DNA of 64,000 bases, from positions 12,923 to 76,922 of the forward strand of contig LBYD01000001.1 of assembly GCA_000995965.1 (NCBI GenBank), written 5' to 3'. Within the stretch, counting starts at the first letter, position 1. Each line of letters begins with the position of its first letter. Below, in pieces: positions 30,851-40,678 of the stretch. The position numbers and the translations under genes are program-made. Under the pieces are notes generated by a model. The model ran no database searches, had not been told where the DNA came from, and saw nothing but the letters and a program-made list of their open reading frames with translations. Origin of the DNA: Candidatus Moranbacteria bacterium GW2011_GWC2_40_12. Its GTDB lineage: Bacteria; Patescibacteriota; Minisyncoccia; Moranbacterales; UBA11712.

Positions 30851-31270
30851 ATGAAAAACGAAAAGTTGGGGGGCGGGGAAACCTGCACCTTTGGGGTACA
30901 CCTTACCCTAGATGGTTACGGGGGAAGTCCGGAAAAGCTCAACGATCCAAAACGGATCGAAAAAGCGCTCATCGAGCTTACGGATAAACTGGGAATGGAG
31001 AGAATGATGGAGCCAGTAGTGAAATACGCCGAACCGCGAAACATCAAAGACAGCGGCGGATATTCGGGCTTCGTGATGATCGTCGAGTCTCATATCAGCA
31101 TCCATACCTTTCCCAAGAAAAGGTTTGTAAGCATCGACGCCTACACCTGCAAGGACATAATGGACAAGGATACGGTCGTAAGATACTTCAAGAAAATGTT
31201 TGGTCTTGAAGACACAGAAGTTCAGTTTTTCAAGCGCGGTCTCAAATTTCCTTCGCAGGATTTGGTTTAA
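30851..31270 (+). CDS. speH: pyruvoyl-dependent decarboxylase proenzyme, SpeH class (S-adenosylmethionine decarboxylase or its arginine decarboxylase paralog)
   Basis: FVMIVESHISIHTFP (self-cleavage ES|H serine) and SIDAYTCKD, typical of archaeal/bacterial class 1b AdoMetDC. Confidence 0.75.
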   Translation: MKNEKLGGGETCTFGVHLTLDGYGGSPEKLNDPKRIEKALIELTDKLGMERMMEPVVKYAEPRNIKDSGGYSGFVMIVESHISIHTFPKKRFVSIDAYTCKDIMDKDTVVRYFKKMFGLEDTEVQFFKRGLKFPSQDLV

Positions 31271-31391
31271 GTTAAATTAGGTCTATGAAATCAGCCGCAA
31301 AAAGTTTCTGCCTGACGGAAACTTTTTACCTGCAAAGATAAGAAAAAAAGCCATTTTTATTTCAGTGATAATATCCTTTTGACACCTTTTA

Positions 31392-32171
31392 ATGGCTAAA
31401 AGGCATGAAAATTATTGGGAATTGGTCTGGGCGCTGGCCCGGACTGATTTTAAATTGCGCTACCACGGCTCGCTTCTTGGCTATATATGGGCGCTTCTCA
31501 AGCCTCTCCTCACTTTTTTGATCCTCAACTTTGTTTTCTCGACGATTTTCAACCCGAAAAATTCCGGTATTCAGCATTTTTCACTCCAGCTCCTCACTTC
31601 CATTATGCTTTTCAATTTTTTTGCCGAAGGAACGCTGGCGGGGCTCAATTCGCTTCTTGGAAAAGCATCGCTTGTGACCAAGATTTATGTTCCGCGCTGG
31701 ACGATCGTGGCGGCTTCGACGATAAACGCAACTTTGATATTCGGGATGAACTTGATTATCATCGCCGCATTTTTTGTTTGGCAGGGATTTTGGCCGGGAA
31801 TTCCGGCAATCCTGATGTTTGTTTTTTTTATAGTTTTGACTTTTCTTCTCATCCTTTCTTTTGCATTCATTGCCGCGCCCCTTTATGTGAAGTTCCGCGA
31901 CTTGTCGCAAATCTGGGAAGTGGCGGTTCAGGCGCTTTTTTATGGGTCGCCGATTGTTTATCCGCTTCAGATTATTCCCCAAAAATACCATGCGATTCTC
32001 CTTGCCAATCCGATAGGCTTCATAATCCATTTCAATAAGCTGGCTTTGACGGAAAGCCATTATCCGACATGGGCGCAAATCAGCGTATTTACGACGCTGG
32101 TTTTTGTTTTGTTTATCGCGAGCCTTTTCGTTTTCAAAAAGCTTGAGCCAAAAGTGGCGGAGAATATATAA
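31392..32171 (+). CDS. ABC-2 type polysaccharide exporter permease (Wzm/TagG/KpsM-like)
   Basis: WELVWALARTDFKLRYHGSLLGYIWALLKPLL signature. 6 TM. 259 aa. Confidence 0.8.
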   Translation: MAKRHENYWELVWALARTDFKLRYHGSLLGYIWALLKPLLTFLILNFVFSTIFNPKNSGIQHFSLQLLTSIMLFNFFAEGTLAGLNSLLGKASLVTKIYVPRWTIVAASTINATLIFGMNLIIIAAFFVWQGFWPGIPAILMFVFFIVLTFLLILSFAFIAAPLYVKFRDLSQIWEVAVQALFYGSPIVYPLQIIPQKYHAILLANPIGFIIHFNKLALTESHYPTWAQISVFTTLVFVLFIASLFVFKKLEPKVAENI

Positions 32172-32300
32172 AATTGAAAATGTAAAAAAAATGAAAAATG
32201 ACAGTAAGAAGTTCAAAATAGTCAAATGTCGAAATCGATTTCGGGATTCAAAAAATTTTTCATTTTGAATTGCCATTTTTCATTTTGAGATTTCAATTTT
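32172..32300. repeat. Family B-like palindromic intergenic element (aaaattgaaaatg... / ...cattttgagatttcaatttt)
   Basis: Inverted repeat read from the sequence. Confidence 0.55.
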
Positions 32301-34219
32301 ACATCTTTCTTGTGTTAAAACACAAATACAAGCTCGCCGCTATTTTTATCTGCCTTTTATTTTTCTTTTTGGCGCTTTTCTCAAGCGCCGGTTTTTCGCG
32401 GAAAAACATGAAATACTCCGGAAACGGCATTCTGGCGGACGAGATTCCCCATATCGCCGGCGGCTACTACTATCTCAAAACAAATCGCTATTATATCAAT
32501 CCTGAACACCCTCCTCTCGTAAAAGACATCGCGGGTCTGGGAGAGCTTCTCATCAGTCCAAAACTTCCAAATATCACAAACCAAACGGAACTGCCGGCAG
32601 ATTTTCATCGTGCCGAATATCCATTCGTTGGCGCTCAGTTTCCAAAAGCTCTCGAGTGGCAGAACAATCAGGATCATTTCGGGACGATGTTTCTTTACCA
32701 GCCGCAAAATAATCCGGACAAAATCGCTTTTTTTGCGCGGCTGGCTGTTATTCTTGCCAATACGCTCTTATTATATTCATTATTTTATCTTCTCGCGGAA
32801 ATATGGTCCGAAAGAGCGGCGCTACTCGGGCTATTCTTCTTCTCTGTTTCCCAATTCAGCATCGCCCACGGATCGTTTGTTGTGATAGATTTCATGTCGG
32901 CGCTTCTCACGGGCATTGCGATCGCCGCCTTGGCGATTTATCTCAAAAGATACGCGGATGGCAGTCACGCCTCGAGATACTTCTTCATCACTTCGCTTTT
33001 TTTTGCGCTGGCGCTTCTTGCGAAATTTTCTTCCGTCGTTCTTCTTCCCGCCGCATTTTTCGGCGGGCTAATTCATGTAATCTTTACAAAGGTCCGGCTT
33101 TCCCGGGAGGATCGAACCATATTTGCGGCAAAATATATTTTTTCCTATGCGGCGATTGTGATTCTCGCGCTGTTTTTCATTTCCGCGTTCTATGTTTTTC
33201 ATACCTACAAGATGGAAAATGAAATTCTGGTCCAGAAGCTCCATGAAAACTATCCCGAAGAAAATCTGCCCGCCTTGGGGCATAGAATTCTCGAGCTGAT
33301 GGTCTATCTTAATCCTTTCACAAAGGGCCTGGCGGCGTATATAAACGGGGCTTTTATGGTTGTCAGCCGGATGGTTGTTTCCGCACAGAACACCTATTTT
33401 CTCGGCCATGTCTTCGGCAATGAAGGAGCCGGCTGGAAATATTGGCCCGTGCTATATTTCACAAAACTGTCGCTCGGGCTGCATTTTTTCACACTGCTGG
33501 TTATGTCACTGATTTTTTTCGGCCTGTTCAAGAAAAAAAGAAAAATAAAGCAAAAATTGGCGGGTTTTATTTCCAATCCGCTCTCAGTGTTACTGCTAGT
33601 CTTCATAATGGCCTACATGGCCGTCACACTCCACTCGACTTTTCAAATTGGTCTTCGGCACATAATGCCCGTCATTCTGGCCGCCTCGCTTTTGACTGGA
33701 AAAGGTGCCAATTCTTTTTGGGAGTTTTCATTTTTAAGGCCGAACCTTAAAAATTTGAGAAGGTTTGACCTTAGGTTGAAACATTTATTTTTCGCCGTCG
33801 CGGTGCTCATGCTTTTCTCCGTTTTTTGCTCATTTCCGTATTATCTTGAATACTACAATATCTTGGGCGGGGGAACGGACAAAGGGTATAAAGTTGCGAC
33901 TGATTCCAATTATGACTGGGGGGGATCGGATGTGCGGCGGCTCGCCAAGTGGACGCGGGATAACAACGTCAAGGAAATTTATACTCAAATGTTCGCGGAT
34001 GTGCCTTTGAAATACTATCTCGGCGACGGGCAGAAATATTTCAATTTGCAGGACGAGGGACATCTGCCGCCCTCCGGGTCGTATCTGGCTGTTTCAGTTT
34101 TTGAATATATGAACAATCTTTATTCCTGGTATATCCCGCCGGAGCGAAAATACACGATTCTCAAGGACAATCTTGTGGCGAGAGTTGGGAAGACAATATT
34201 CGTGTATCGCATCCCCTGA
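32270..34219 (+). CDS. GT-C fold glycosyltransferase, family 39/PMT-like (polyprenyl-phosphate-sugar dependent). Start uncertain (alternative GTG at 32312)
   Basis: DEIPHIAGGYYYL...NPEHPPLVKDIAG in the first loop (PMT/ArnT DE...EHPPL motif). About 12 TM. Confidence 0.7.
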   Translation: MPFFILRFQFYIFLVLKHKYKLAAIFICLLFFFLALFSSAGFSRKNMKYSGNGILADEIPHIAGGYYYLKTNRYYINPEHPPLVKDIAGLGELLISPKLPNITNQTELPADFHRAEYPFVGAQFPKALEWQNNQDHFGTMFLYQPQNNPDKIAFFARLAVILANTLLLYSLFYLLAEIWSERAALLGLFFFSVSQFSIAHGSFVVIDFMSALLTGIAIAALAIYLKRYADGSHASRYFFITSLFFALALLAKFSSVVLLPAAFFGGLIHVIFTKVRLSREDRTIFAAKYIFSYAAIVILALFFISAFYVFHTYKMENEILVQKLHENYPEENLPALGHRILELMVYLNPFTKGLAAYINGAFMVVSRMVVSAQNTYFLGHVFGNEGAGWKYWPVLYFTKLSLGLHFFTLLVMSLIFFGLFKKKRKIKQKLAGFISNPLSVLLLVFIMAYMAVTLHSTFQIGLRHIMPVILAASLLTGKGANSFWEFSFLRPNLKNLRRFDLRLKHLFFAVAVLMLFSVFCSFPYYLEYYNILGGGTDKGYKVATDSNYDWGGSDVRRLAKWTRDNNVKEIYTQMFADVPLKYYLGDGQKYFNLQDEGHLPPSGSYLAVSVFEYMNNLYSWYIPPERKYTILKDNLVARVGKTIFVYRIP

Positions 34220-34274
34220 GATATTTTTTTTGATTGGCCGTTTTTTTTATTTTCTATCTAGTAAGAGAAAAAAG

Positions 34275-37022
34275 ATGAAAAGTGGCAGAAATCTGATGAT
34301 AATCGCGCTGGCGCTGGCTGGCACGCTGTTTTTTGCGTTTCCGCGGAATATTTTCGCAAAGGTGGAACTTGGTTCAGGCGACCCGATTCCGCCCGTCTGG
34401 AGCAAATCTGACAGCCCTTATGTCATAAAGAACACTATCCAGGCAGCGAGTCCTGTCACGATTGAGCCAGGCGTCGTGGTCAAGTTCAAATACGCGGCTT
34501 CGGCAACTTTTCTTGATTCAATCACCGCCATCGGGACCGAAAAAGAAAGAATCGTGTTCACGGCCTGGACGGATGATGAGAACGGGGGAGACACAGACGG
34601 TGATCTCGGATCGCACCCTCCCCAAAAAGGATATTGGTACAGAATTCTGATTGGCTCGAGCGCCAAGGCTCAATTCGAAAATACCTCTTTCCTTTATGGA
34701 GGAGAGCATCCCTGGGGGACACTGTCGTTTGATTCAGCCTCGAAAAACAGCGTAAGCGTGAGAAATTCCGCTTTCAAGCACAACCAATATGCGGGAATTT
34801 ACATCAACTATAATCCTGATCAAATCATCGAAAACAACACTTTCTTGGATAATGGAGAGGGGATTGTGCTGAATGATTGCTATCACGGCTTGTCCGCAAC
34901 AATTTCCGGGAATTCTTTTGAGAAAAATGCCAATTTCGGCGTGAGGGTCGCTTATCCTTCCTATAACACGCTGGATGCGAGAAATAATTGGTGGGGCGAT
35001 CGGTCCGGTCCCTATCAATCAACAAAAAATCCCAGCGGGAAAGGAGATAAAATTTCAAACGGAGTCTTGTTTGATCCCTGGATTGGAAAAGGAGGATTTG
35101 TTCCAGTGGTTGTTGTTCCCGGTGTAATGGCGTCCTGGGAAAAAGACGGGGAATGGCAGATTGATCCGATTTTTCATACTTACGACAATTTGCTGGAAGA
35201 ATTCAAAAATGAAGGATATATCCCGGAAAAAGAACTTTTCACTTTTCCCTATGAATGGCGGGACAGCAACGTGAGCAATGCGGTGAAACTAAAAGATAAA
35301 ATTCAGGAAATAAAAAACCAAACCGGATTTCCAAAAGTTGATATTGTCGCCCATTCCATGGGCGGGCTTCTCGCCAGGCAGTATATTGAATCGGATGATT
35401 ATCAAGATGACGTGAGACAGTTGATCACGGTTGCAACTCCGCATTTAGGAGCGCCGAAAGTTTATGTGAAGTGGGAAGCCGGCGCGTTTTTTTCGGATAT
35501 TTTTGAGACGGTGGGAAAATATATCTTCGAGCAAGAAGCCAAAGAAAACGGATACGGCAGCGTATTTCACTATATTCGGGACCGGATTGCTTCCGTCAAG
35601 GAACTTTTGCCGGTTTATGATTATCTTTGGGACGACAACGGGACAGATTATGATTTGCGAGTGGGCTACCCGGAAAATTATCCAAGAAATGAATTTTTGG
35701 AAAATTTGAATAGCGCGGAAAAAGTGAAAAAGTTGGAAAATGTTGAGTTTACGAAGATAATAGGAAAACCGGAAGGCGCAAAAACAACAATCTCCGGTTA
35801 TAATGTAGTTGACGCTGATATAAGGGAGTTGTGGGAGCATGGATATCCGCATGGATTTGAAATTTCCAAATTAGGAGATCAGGGAATAAATAAAGATTAT
35901 GGAGACGAGACCGTGCCACTATATTCGGCGGAATCATCTAATATTCCAAATAACAAAACATTATATTTTGAATCCGAACATAACATTATTCCTACTGATG
36001 CCCAACGAGATATTCTTCAAATTCTCACCGGGAAAAAACCGGAAAATGAAGTGAAAAATTGGGTGATTGATGATATTCTTATCGGGCTGGTTTTTTCTCC
36101 GGTTGATATTCAAATAGTTTCGCCTAGCGGAAAAAGACTTGGAAAAAATTTCGAAACAGGCGGGGAATACGGCGAAATCGAAGGAGCCTACTATAGTGGT
36201 TTCAAAAATGACACCGAATTTTTCACCATTCCGAATCCTGAAGACGGCGAATATAAAATATTCGCGCAGGGGACGGGCGAAGGCGGCAGCTATAAAATCG
36301 AAGTGGCCGAAATTTCAGAAAATCCGGCTGATCCAGACAATGCCAAAGAATCTTCCGTCGTGATTGAGGATGAGGCTCAAGCGGGGAAAACACGGGAAGC
36401 CAAAGTGGAAGTGACCGAGGATCAGATAAGATACAATCCCGACAAGACGCCGCCGACGATCACGGTTTCCTCTCCGGAAAAAAAAGATTATACTAATGAT
36501 GAGATTCTGGCAATCGATTACGAAGTTCAGGATCCTGAATCAGGAGTGGCAAGCAATGTTTGGCAGGTTGAAAAAGACGGCCAAAATGTTGGATGGCAGA
36601 AAAATGCTGTTGATCTTTCGTTCGAGCATCTTGGGAACTATGTTTTGCGGATAAATGCCGCAGATAATGCCGGGAATTCGATCGAAAAGGAGGCGAATTT
36701 TCAGGTGGTGACGAGCCTTGAGGCAATTCGAAACAATCTCAACCATTATTTCAGCCTGGGGCTTATCAAAAAGAAAGTCGCCCACAAATATTTCGATGCC
36801 AAATTCAGAAATTTGGAAAAACTCTTGAGTCTTCTCAAAAAAGCAGAAAATTCAAATCTGAAACCCAAGCCGAAACAGGAAGTAGTTGCATCACTTGAGA
36901 AAAAAATCAGCAAGAGTATCAGCGTAATTATTCGTCAGATCAACCGAAAAACTCCCCAATGGATTGACCCGAAAGCGGCAAATTTTCTCATTGAAGATCT
37001 CAACTATATTAGAAATAATTAA
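34275..37022 (+). CDS. secreted multidomain protein: parallel beta-helix repeats + alpha/beta-hydrolase lipase domain (LCAT/PGAP1-like, AHSMGG) + C-terminal Ig-like/pre-peptidase-like domains
   Basis: Signal peptide MKSGRNLMIIALALAGTLFFAFP. PbH1-type repeats (NSAFKHNQYAGIYI, NNTFLDNGEGIVL, GNSFEKNANFGVRV). DIVAHSMGGLLARQYIE nucleophile elbow. Confidence 0.65.
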   Translation: MKSGRNLMIIALALAGTLFFAFPRNIFAKVELGSGDPIPPVWSKSDSPYVIKNTIQAASPVTIEPGVVVKFKYAASATFLDSITAIGTEKERIVFTAWTDDENGGDTDGDLGSHPPQKGYWYRILIGSSAKAQFENTSFLYGGEHPWGTLSFDSASKNSVSVRNSAFKHNQYAGIYINYNPDQIIENNTFLDNGEGIVLNDCYHGLSATISGNSFEKNANFGVRVAYPSYNTLDARNNWWGDRSGPYQSTKNPSGKGDKISNGVLFDPWIGKGGFVPVVVVPGVMASWEKDGEWQIDPIFHTYDNLLEEFKNEGYIPEKELFTFPYEWRDSNVSNAVKLKDKIQEIKNQTGFPKVDIVAHSMGGLLARQYIESDDYQDDVRQLITVATPHLGAPKVYVKWEAGAFFSDIFETVGKYIFEQEAKENGYGSVFHYIRDRIASVKELLPVYDYLWDDNGTDYDLRVGYPENYPRNEFLENLNSAEKVKKLENVEFTKIIGKPEGAKTTISGYNVVDADIRELWEHGYPHGFEISKLGDQGINKDYGDETVPLYSAESSNIPNNKTLYFESEHNIIPTDAQRDILQILTGKKPENEVKNWVIDDILIGLVFSPVDIQIVSPSGKRLGKNFETGGEYGEIEGAYYSGFKNDTEFFTIPNPEDGEYKIFAQGTGEGGSYKIEVAEISENPADPDNAKESSVVIEDEAQAGKTREAKVEVTEDQIRYNPDKTPPTITVSSPEKKDYTNDEILAIDYEVQDPESGVASNVWQVEKDGQNVGWQKNAVDLSFEHLGNYVLRINAADNAGNSIEKEANFQVVTSLEAIRNNLNHYFSLGLIKKKVAHKYFDAKFRNLEKLLSLLKKAENSNLKPKPKQEVVASLEKKISKSISVIIRQINRKTPQWIDPKAANFLIEDLNYIRNN

Positions 37023-37059
37023 AAATTAATTGAAATAATTTCCGCGAAACGAAAATTAC

Positions 37060-37371
37060 GTGGGAGTTATAAGAAAAATTATGTTACTTCTGGGAAGTGC
37101 TCGAGCAGATATTTGGATTACGCTTTTTTTGCTGAGTATATCTTTTATTGTTTCGCTTATATTTTTTGCTGTGGCGAGAAGAAAGATTCTGGCTCTGATC
37201 GTATTTTCTGTTTTGGCAAATATATCTGTGTTGTTAAATGCAGGATCAGGGATGTTTGATTTTTACAGTATCGGGTGGCTGAAAACCTTCTCCGTCTTAA
37301 TCTGGCCGCTTCTCAACATTTTTTTCATAATTCGCTATGTGCAGACGAAGCCTGCCAAGCCGAAGAAATAG
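37060..37371 (+). CDS. small membrane protein (103 aa)
   Basis: Two or three hydrophobic helices. Confidence 0.35.
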   Translation: MGVIRKIMLLLGSARADIWITLFLLSISFIVSLIFFAVARRKILALIVFSVLANISVLLNAGSGMFDFYSIGWLKTFSVLIWPLLNIFFIIRYVQTKPAKPKK

Positions 37372-37447
37372 CGCCAAAATAAAGCAAAAATAGTCAGTGA
37401 AAAATCCTCGACAAAACGGGGATTTTTTGGTATCCTTTTATTGTTGC

Positions 37448-37546
37448 TATGGAAAAAGAAATTGCTATCAAAGCCGAAAATATAAGCAAAACCTTCCGCA
37501 TTCCCAACGAGAAAATCCCAACTCTGCGGGGGGCTTTGCGCAGTTG
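37448..37546 (+). pseudogene. duplicated 5' fragment of the wzt-like ABC ATPase gene (32 codons, then stop)
   Basis: About 95 nt are near-identical to 38843..38940 (atggaaaaagaaattgctatcaaagccgaaaatataagcaaaaccttccgcattccc...). It translates to MEKEIAIKAENISKTFRIPNEKIPTLRGALRS*. Confidence 0.7.
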
Positions 37547-37689
37547 ATTATAAATACTAAGTTTATGATTAGTTGGGTAATCATAAAGTGAAATAATTGA
37601 AAAAGAGCTTATTTTCAGGGAAATTTTGGCTTAATTATCGAAGTTGATGAGCTATAATAAAAGCAAAAACCTTTGAAATCAAAAGCGAA

Positions 37690-38156
37690 TTGGAACCGCG
37701 ATACAACAAAAGGATATTGAAAAGATACAAAAACCGCGAAAAGTTATTCAAGGAACGGACGGAAATTATCCGAAAAAGGCGCTATGATTTGCCACAGCCC
37801 TTGAATTATGTCGATTGGCGGAGCCCCTACGACAATATTTTTGTGTGGCAAGAGAAAGGAAAAAATATTTTCGAAAAGGCGGAAGCGGATCGTCTGGAGC
37901 GCGGCAAACCAATTCGGAATTCATTTTCGGTTTCGTACTTATAAACAAAACAAATCCGGTCAAATCGTATCTGTTTTTGTACGCGGACGATAATCAACTC
38001 TATTTTATCAAAGAATTTCCATCTCTGGCTGTTCCGTGCTATGAAATCGGATCAAACTATTTTCAGCCAAATCGCGAGGGAGAGAAGATTTTTTCGAGAA
38101 CAAGATTGATGGAATGGGAAAGCTTCTATAAGGCGGAAAAGATAATCATAAAGTGA
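37690..38156 (+). pseudogene. degraded paralog (multiple frameshifts) of the 38242..38676 gene
   Basis: Pieces in three frames (KRRYDLPQPLNYVDW..., LYADDNQLYFIKEF...) align to KRRPYVRSAYFRKEKIF... and LTADNELFCIQIKE of the intact downstream copy. Confidence 0.45.
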
Positions 38157-38241
38157 AAAGCACAAACTCTTTGATCTTCGACAAGTCAGGCCTTTTTTGG
38201 TAAACTTGATTTATCGATTATGAGATTTCATAAAAAATATA

Positions 38242-38676
38242 ATGAGAGTTTATCAAACAAAAGCGAAAAAGTTGTCCGGAACTGATTTTCAGGAAGTCAA
38301 CCGCAAGGCCCACGAAATTTATACTCAAATAAAAAAGAAATCAAAAAGACGCCCCTACGTCCGTTCAGCGTATTTTAGGAAAGAGAAAATATTTCTGGAA
38401 TTGTTTTGGAAACATTTATACGGAAAAGAAAATTGGCGGGACAGAATGAGGCGACTGAAATACTTTGCTTGCGTGATTGAATTGATCCAAAAATCCCGCT
38501 TTGCGCCGACTTCCAAGAAAAATCCAAACAAATCAAAAGAAATGCTTCATCGGTTTTATGGACTCACGGCAGATAATGAATTGTTCTGCATCCAAATCAA
38601 GGAAGATGTCAAAAACAAGCAAAAATTTTTGATTTCCGTTTTCCCAACCGACGGACCATGGGATTGGGATATGTGA
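38242..38676 (+). CDS. hypothetical basic protein (144 aa), intact copy of a tandem pair
   Basis: ORF with a paralogous degraded copy immediately upstream. Confidence 0.45.
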   Translation: MRVYQTKAKKLSGTDFQEVNRKAHEIYTQIKKKSKRRPYVRSAYFRKEKIFLELFWKHLYGKENWRDRMRRLKYFACVIELIQKSRFAPTSKKNPNKSKEMLHRFYGLTADNELFCIQIKEDVKNKQKFLISVFPTDGPWDWDM

Positions 38677-38842
38677 ACAAAAAAGGACCTTCCGCTATGC
38701 GTGGTGTATAAACCACAGGCCGAAGGACCTTTCTATGAATAATACTACCAAACTAGAAAAATTCTGTCAATATGCAATTTATTGCTTTATACAAGCTAAA
38801 ATAGACAATCAGGATAATTTTTGCTAGGCTGAAATATAGGTT

Positions 38843-40066
38843 ATGGAAAAAGAAATTGCTATCAAAGCCGAAAATATAAGCAAAACCTTCCGCATTCCCC
38901 ACGAGAAAATCTCGACGCTTAGGGGAGCTTTTGTGAACGCATTCAGCCGGAACAAAGGATATGAGGAATTCAAGGCGCTGGACGGCGTGAGCTTCGAGGT
39001 GAAAAAAGGGGAGTTTTTCGGGATCATTGGGCGAAACGGCAGCGGGAAATCAACACTTCTCAAGATCCTCGCCGGGATATACCAACCGGACAAGGGGAAG
39101 GTGAAAATCAACGGTCTCATTTCACCATTTCTTGAGCTCGGCATCGGCTTCAATCCGGAGCTTTCGGGACGAGACAATATATATCTCAATTCCGCTGTTT
39201 TGGGGCTCACGCACAAGCAGATCGATGAAAAATTTCAAGATATTGTGGATTTTTCGGAGCTCGGGCGCTTTATTGACCAAAAGGTGAAAAATTATTCTTC
39301 GGGAATGTATGTCCGTCTCGCATTTTCAGTGGCCATCCATGCGAACCGGGATATTCTGCTGATGGATGAAGTTCTCGCAGTGGGGGACACAAATTTTCAG
39401 AGTAAGTGCTTGACAGAGTTTAACAAATACAAAGACGCGGGGAAGACCGTGGTTTTGGTGACGCATGATATCGCGACAGTCCAAAGATATTGTGACCGGG
39501 CGATGCTTCTTCGCAACGGAAAGATTGAAATGATCGGAGATCCGCAAGAAGTCGGCAGTAAATATGTCTATCAAAATATGAGTGACGAGGAAAGAAGAAT
39601 GGCTGAAGAAAAAGGAAGAATAAAAAGGGAGATTTTGCGAAAGAAGGGAGAGGAAAAAAGCAAGGTAGTGGAAATAGCAAGAGTAGAATTCTTGGACAGA
39701 TACGGAAAAGAAAAAAATGTTTTTGAAACCGGGGAGAATATGTCAGTAAGAGTTTATTTCAAAAAAAATAAAAAAGTTTCTAAGCTCAATTTTGGAGTTG
39801 CGATTTATAATCAGGAAAATAATTATATCTTTGGCATTAATACGGTTATCGACAAAGTTAACACGCAAAAATACATAGAAAATAGTTACTTTCAAGTCGA
39901 TTATGAAAATATTCCGCTAAAAACGAACACTTATTTCATCAAGACCGGAATTTCTGGGGAAAATGGTGCGGTTGCTTATGATTTTCTTGACAGGTCAAAG
40001 ATTTTTAAAGTAATTTCAAAAAATCATAATGAAGGTTTAGTTGATTTATGTTACAGATGGAATTAA
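38843..40066 (+). CDS. ABC transporter ATP-binding protein, Wzt/TagH-like, with a C-terminal glycan-binding extension
   Basis: Walker A GRNGSGKST, signature YSSGMYVRLAF, Walker B LLMDEVLAVGD. About 150 extra C-terminal residues, as in Wzt O-antigen exporters. Confidence 0.85.
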   Translation: MEKEIAIKAENISKTFRIPHEKISTLRGAFVNAFSRNKGYEEFKALDGVSFEVKKGEFFGIIGRNGSGKSTLLKILAGIYQPDKGKVKINGLISPFLELGIGFNPELSGRDNIYLNSAVLGLTHKQIDEKFQDIVDFSELGRFIDQKVKNYSSGMYVRLAFSVAIHANRDILLMDEVLAVGDTNFQSKCLTEFNKYKDAGKTVVLVTHDIATVQRYCDRAMLLRNGKIEMIGDPQEVGSKYVYQNMSDEERRMAEEKGRIKREILRKKGEEKSKVVEIARVEFLDRYGKEKNVFETGENMSVRVYFKKNKKVSKLNFGVAIYNQENNYIFGINTVIDKVNTQKYIENSYFQVDYENIPLKTNTYFIKTGISGENGAVAYDFLDRSKIFKVISKNHNEGLVDLCYRWN

Positions 40067-40073
40067 TTATTAT

Positions 40074-40655
40074 ATGAAAAATAAGAAAATAATAAAAGGA
40101 CGGGTTGTCTGGCTGACTGGTTTGTCTTGCAGTGGCAAGACGACTATCTCGAAAGAACTGATAAAATATTTCAAGAAAAATAAATTGCCTGTCCAGTGGC
40201 TGGACGGCGATGTTGTGCGAAAAACCATAAACAAAGATTTGGGGTTTTCAAAAAAAGACCGGGATGAAAATATAGAGCGCGTGACACATATTGCGCAGAT
40301 GCTGGCTGAAAATGGCGTGAATGTAGTTGCGGCCTTTGTTTCACCGTATCGTAAAATGCGAAATTTCGCGAGAAAAATTTGTCCCAATTTCATCGAGGTT
40401 TATGTCGAATGCGACATCAAAGAATGTATCAGAAGGGACACAAAAGGCTTGTATAAAAAAGCACTGGCGGGAAAAATAAGGGATTTTACCGGGATTCAGG
40501 ATCCGTACGAACTGCCAAAAAAACCGGAAATTATCATTAATACGGAAGGAAAAAAAGCGGGAGAAAGCGCCCGAGAGCTGATTAGTCGGCTTGAAAGATT
40601 GGCCAGGTGGCCTAAATATACCGATCATATAAACGACAATTCGACGAGATCCTAA
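40074..40655 (+). CDS. cysC: adenylyl-sulfate (APS) kinase
   Basis: GLSCSGKTTIS P-loop, LDGDVVR and AFVSPY motifs. Confidence 0.85.
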   Translation: MKNKKIIKGRVVWLTGLSCSGKTTISKELIKYFKKNKLPVQWLDGDVVRKTINKDLGFSKKDRDENIERVTHIAQMLAENGVNVVAAFVSPYRKMRNFARKICPNFIEVYVECDIKECIRRDTKGLYKKALAGKIRDFTGIQDPYELPKKPEIIINTEGKKAGESARELISRLERLARWPKYTDHINDNSTRS

Positions 40656-40678
40656 GCACGCTAAAATGACCTCGGATA

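Noticed and set aside
31487-32276. ORFs 31487..32038 (+) and 31581..32276 (-) overlapping the wzm-like permease
   Set aside because: Alternative-frame and antisense ORFs. The permease frame carries the ABC-2 signature.
37397-37591. 64-aa ORF overlapping the duplicated wzt 5' fragment
   Set aside because: It reads the wzt-fragment DNA in a different frame. It is probably spurious, although its last 16 nt form one copy of the direct repeat noted in the findings.
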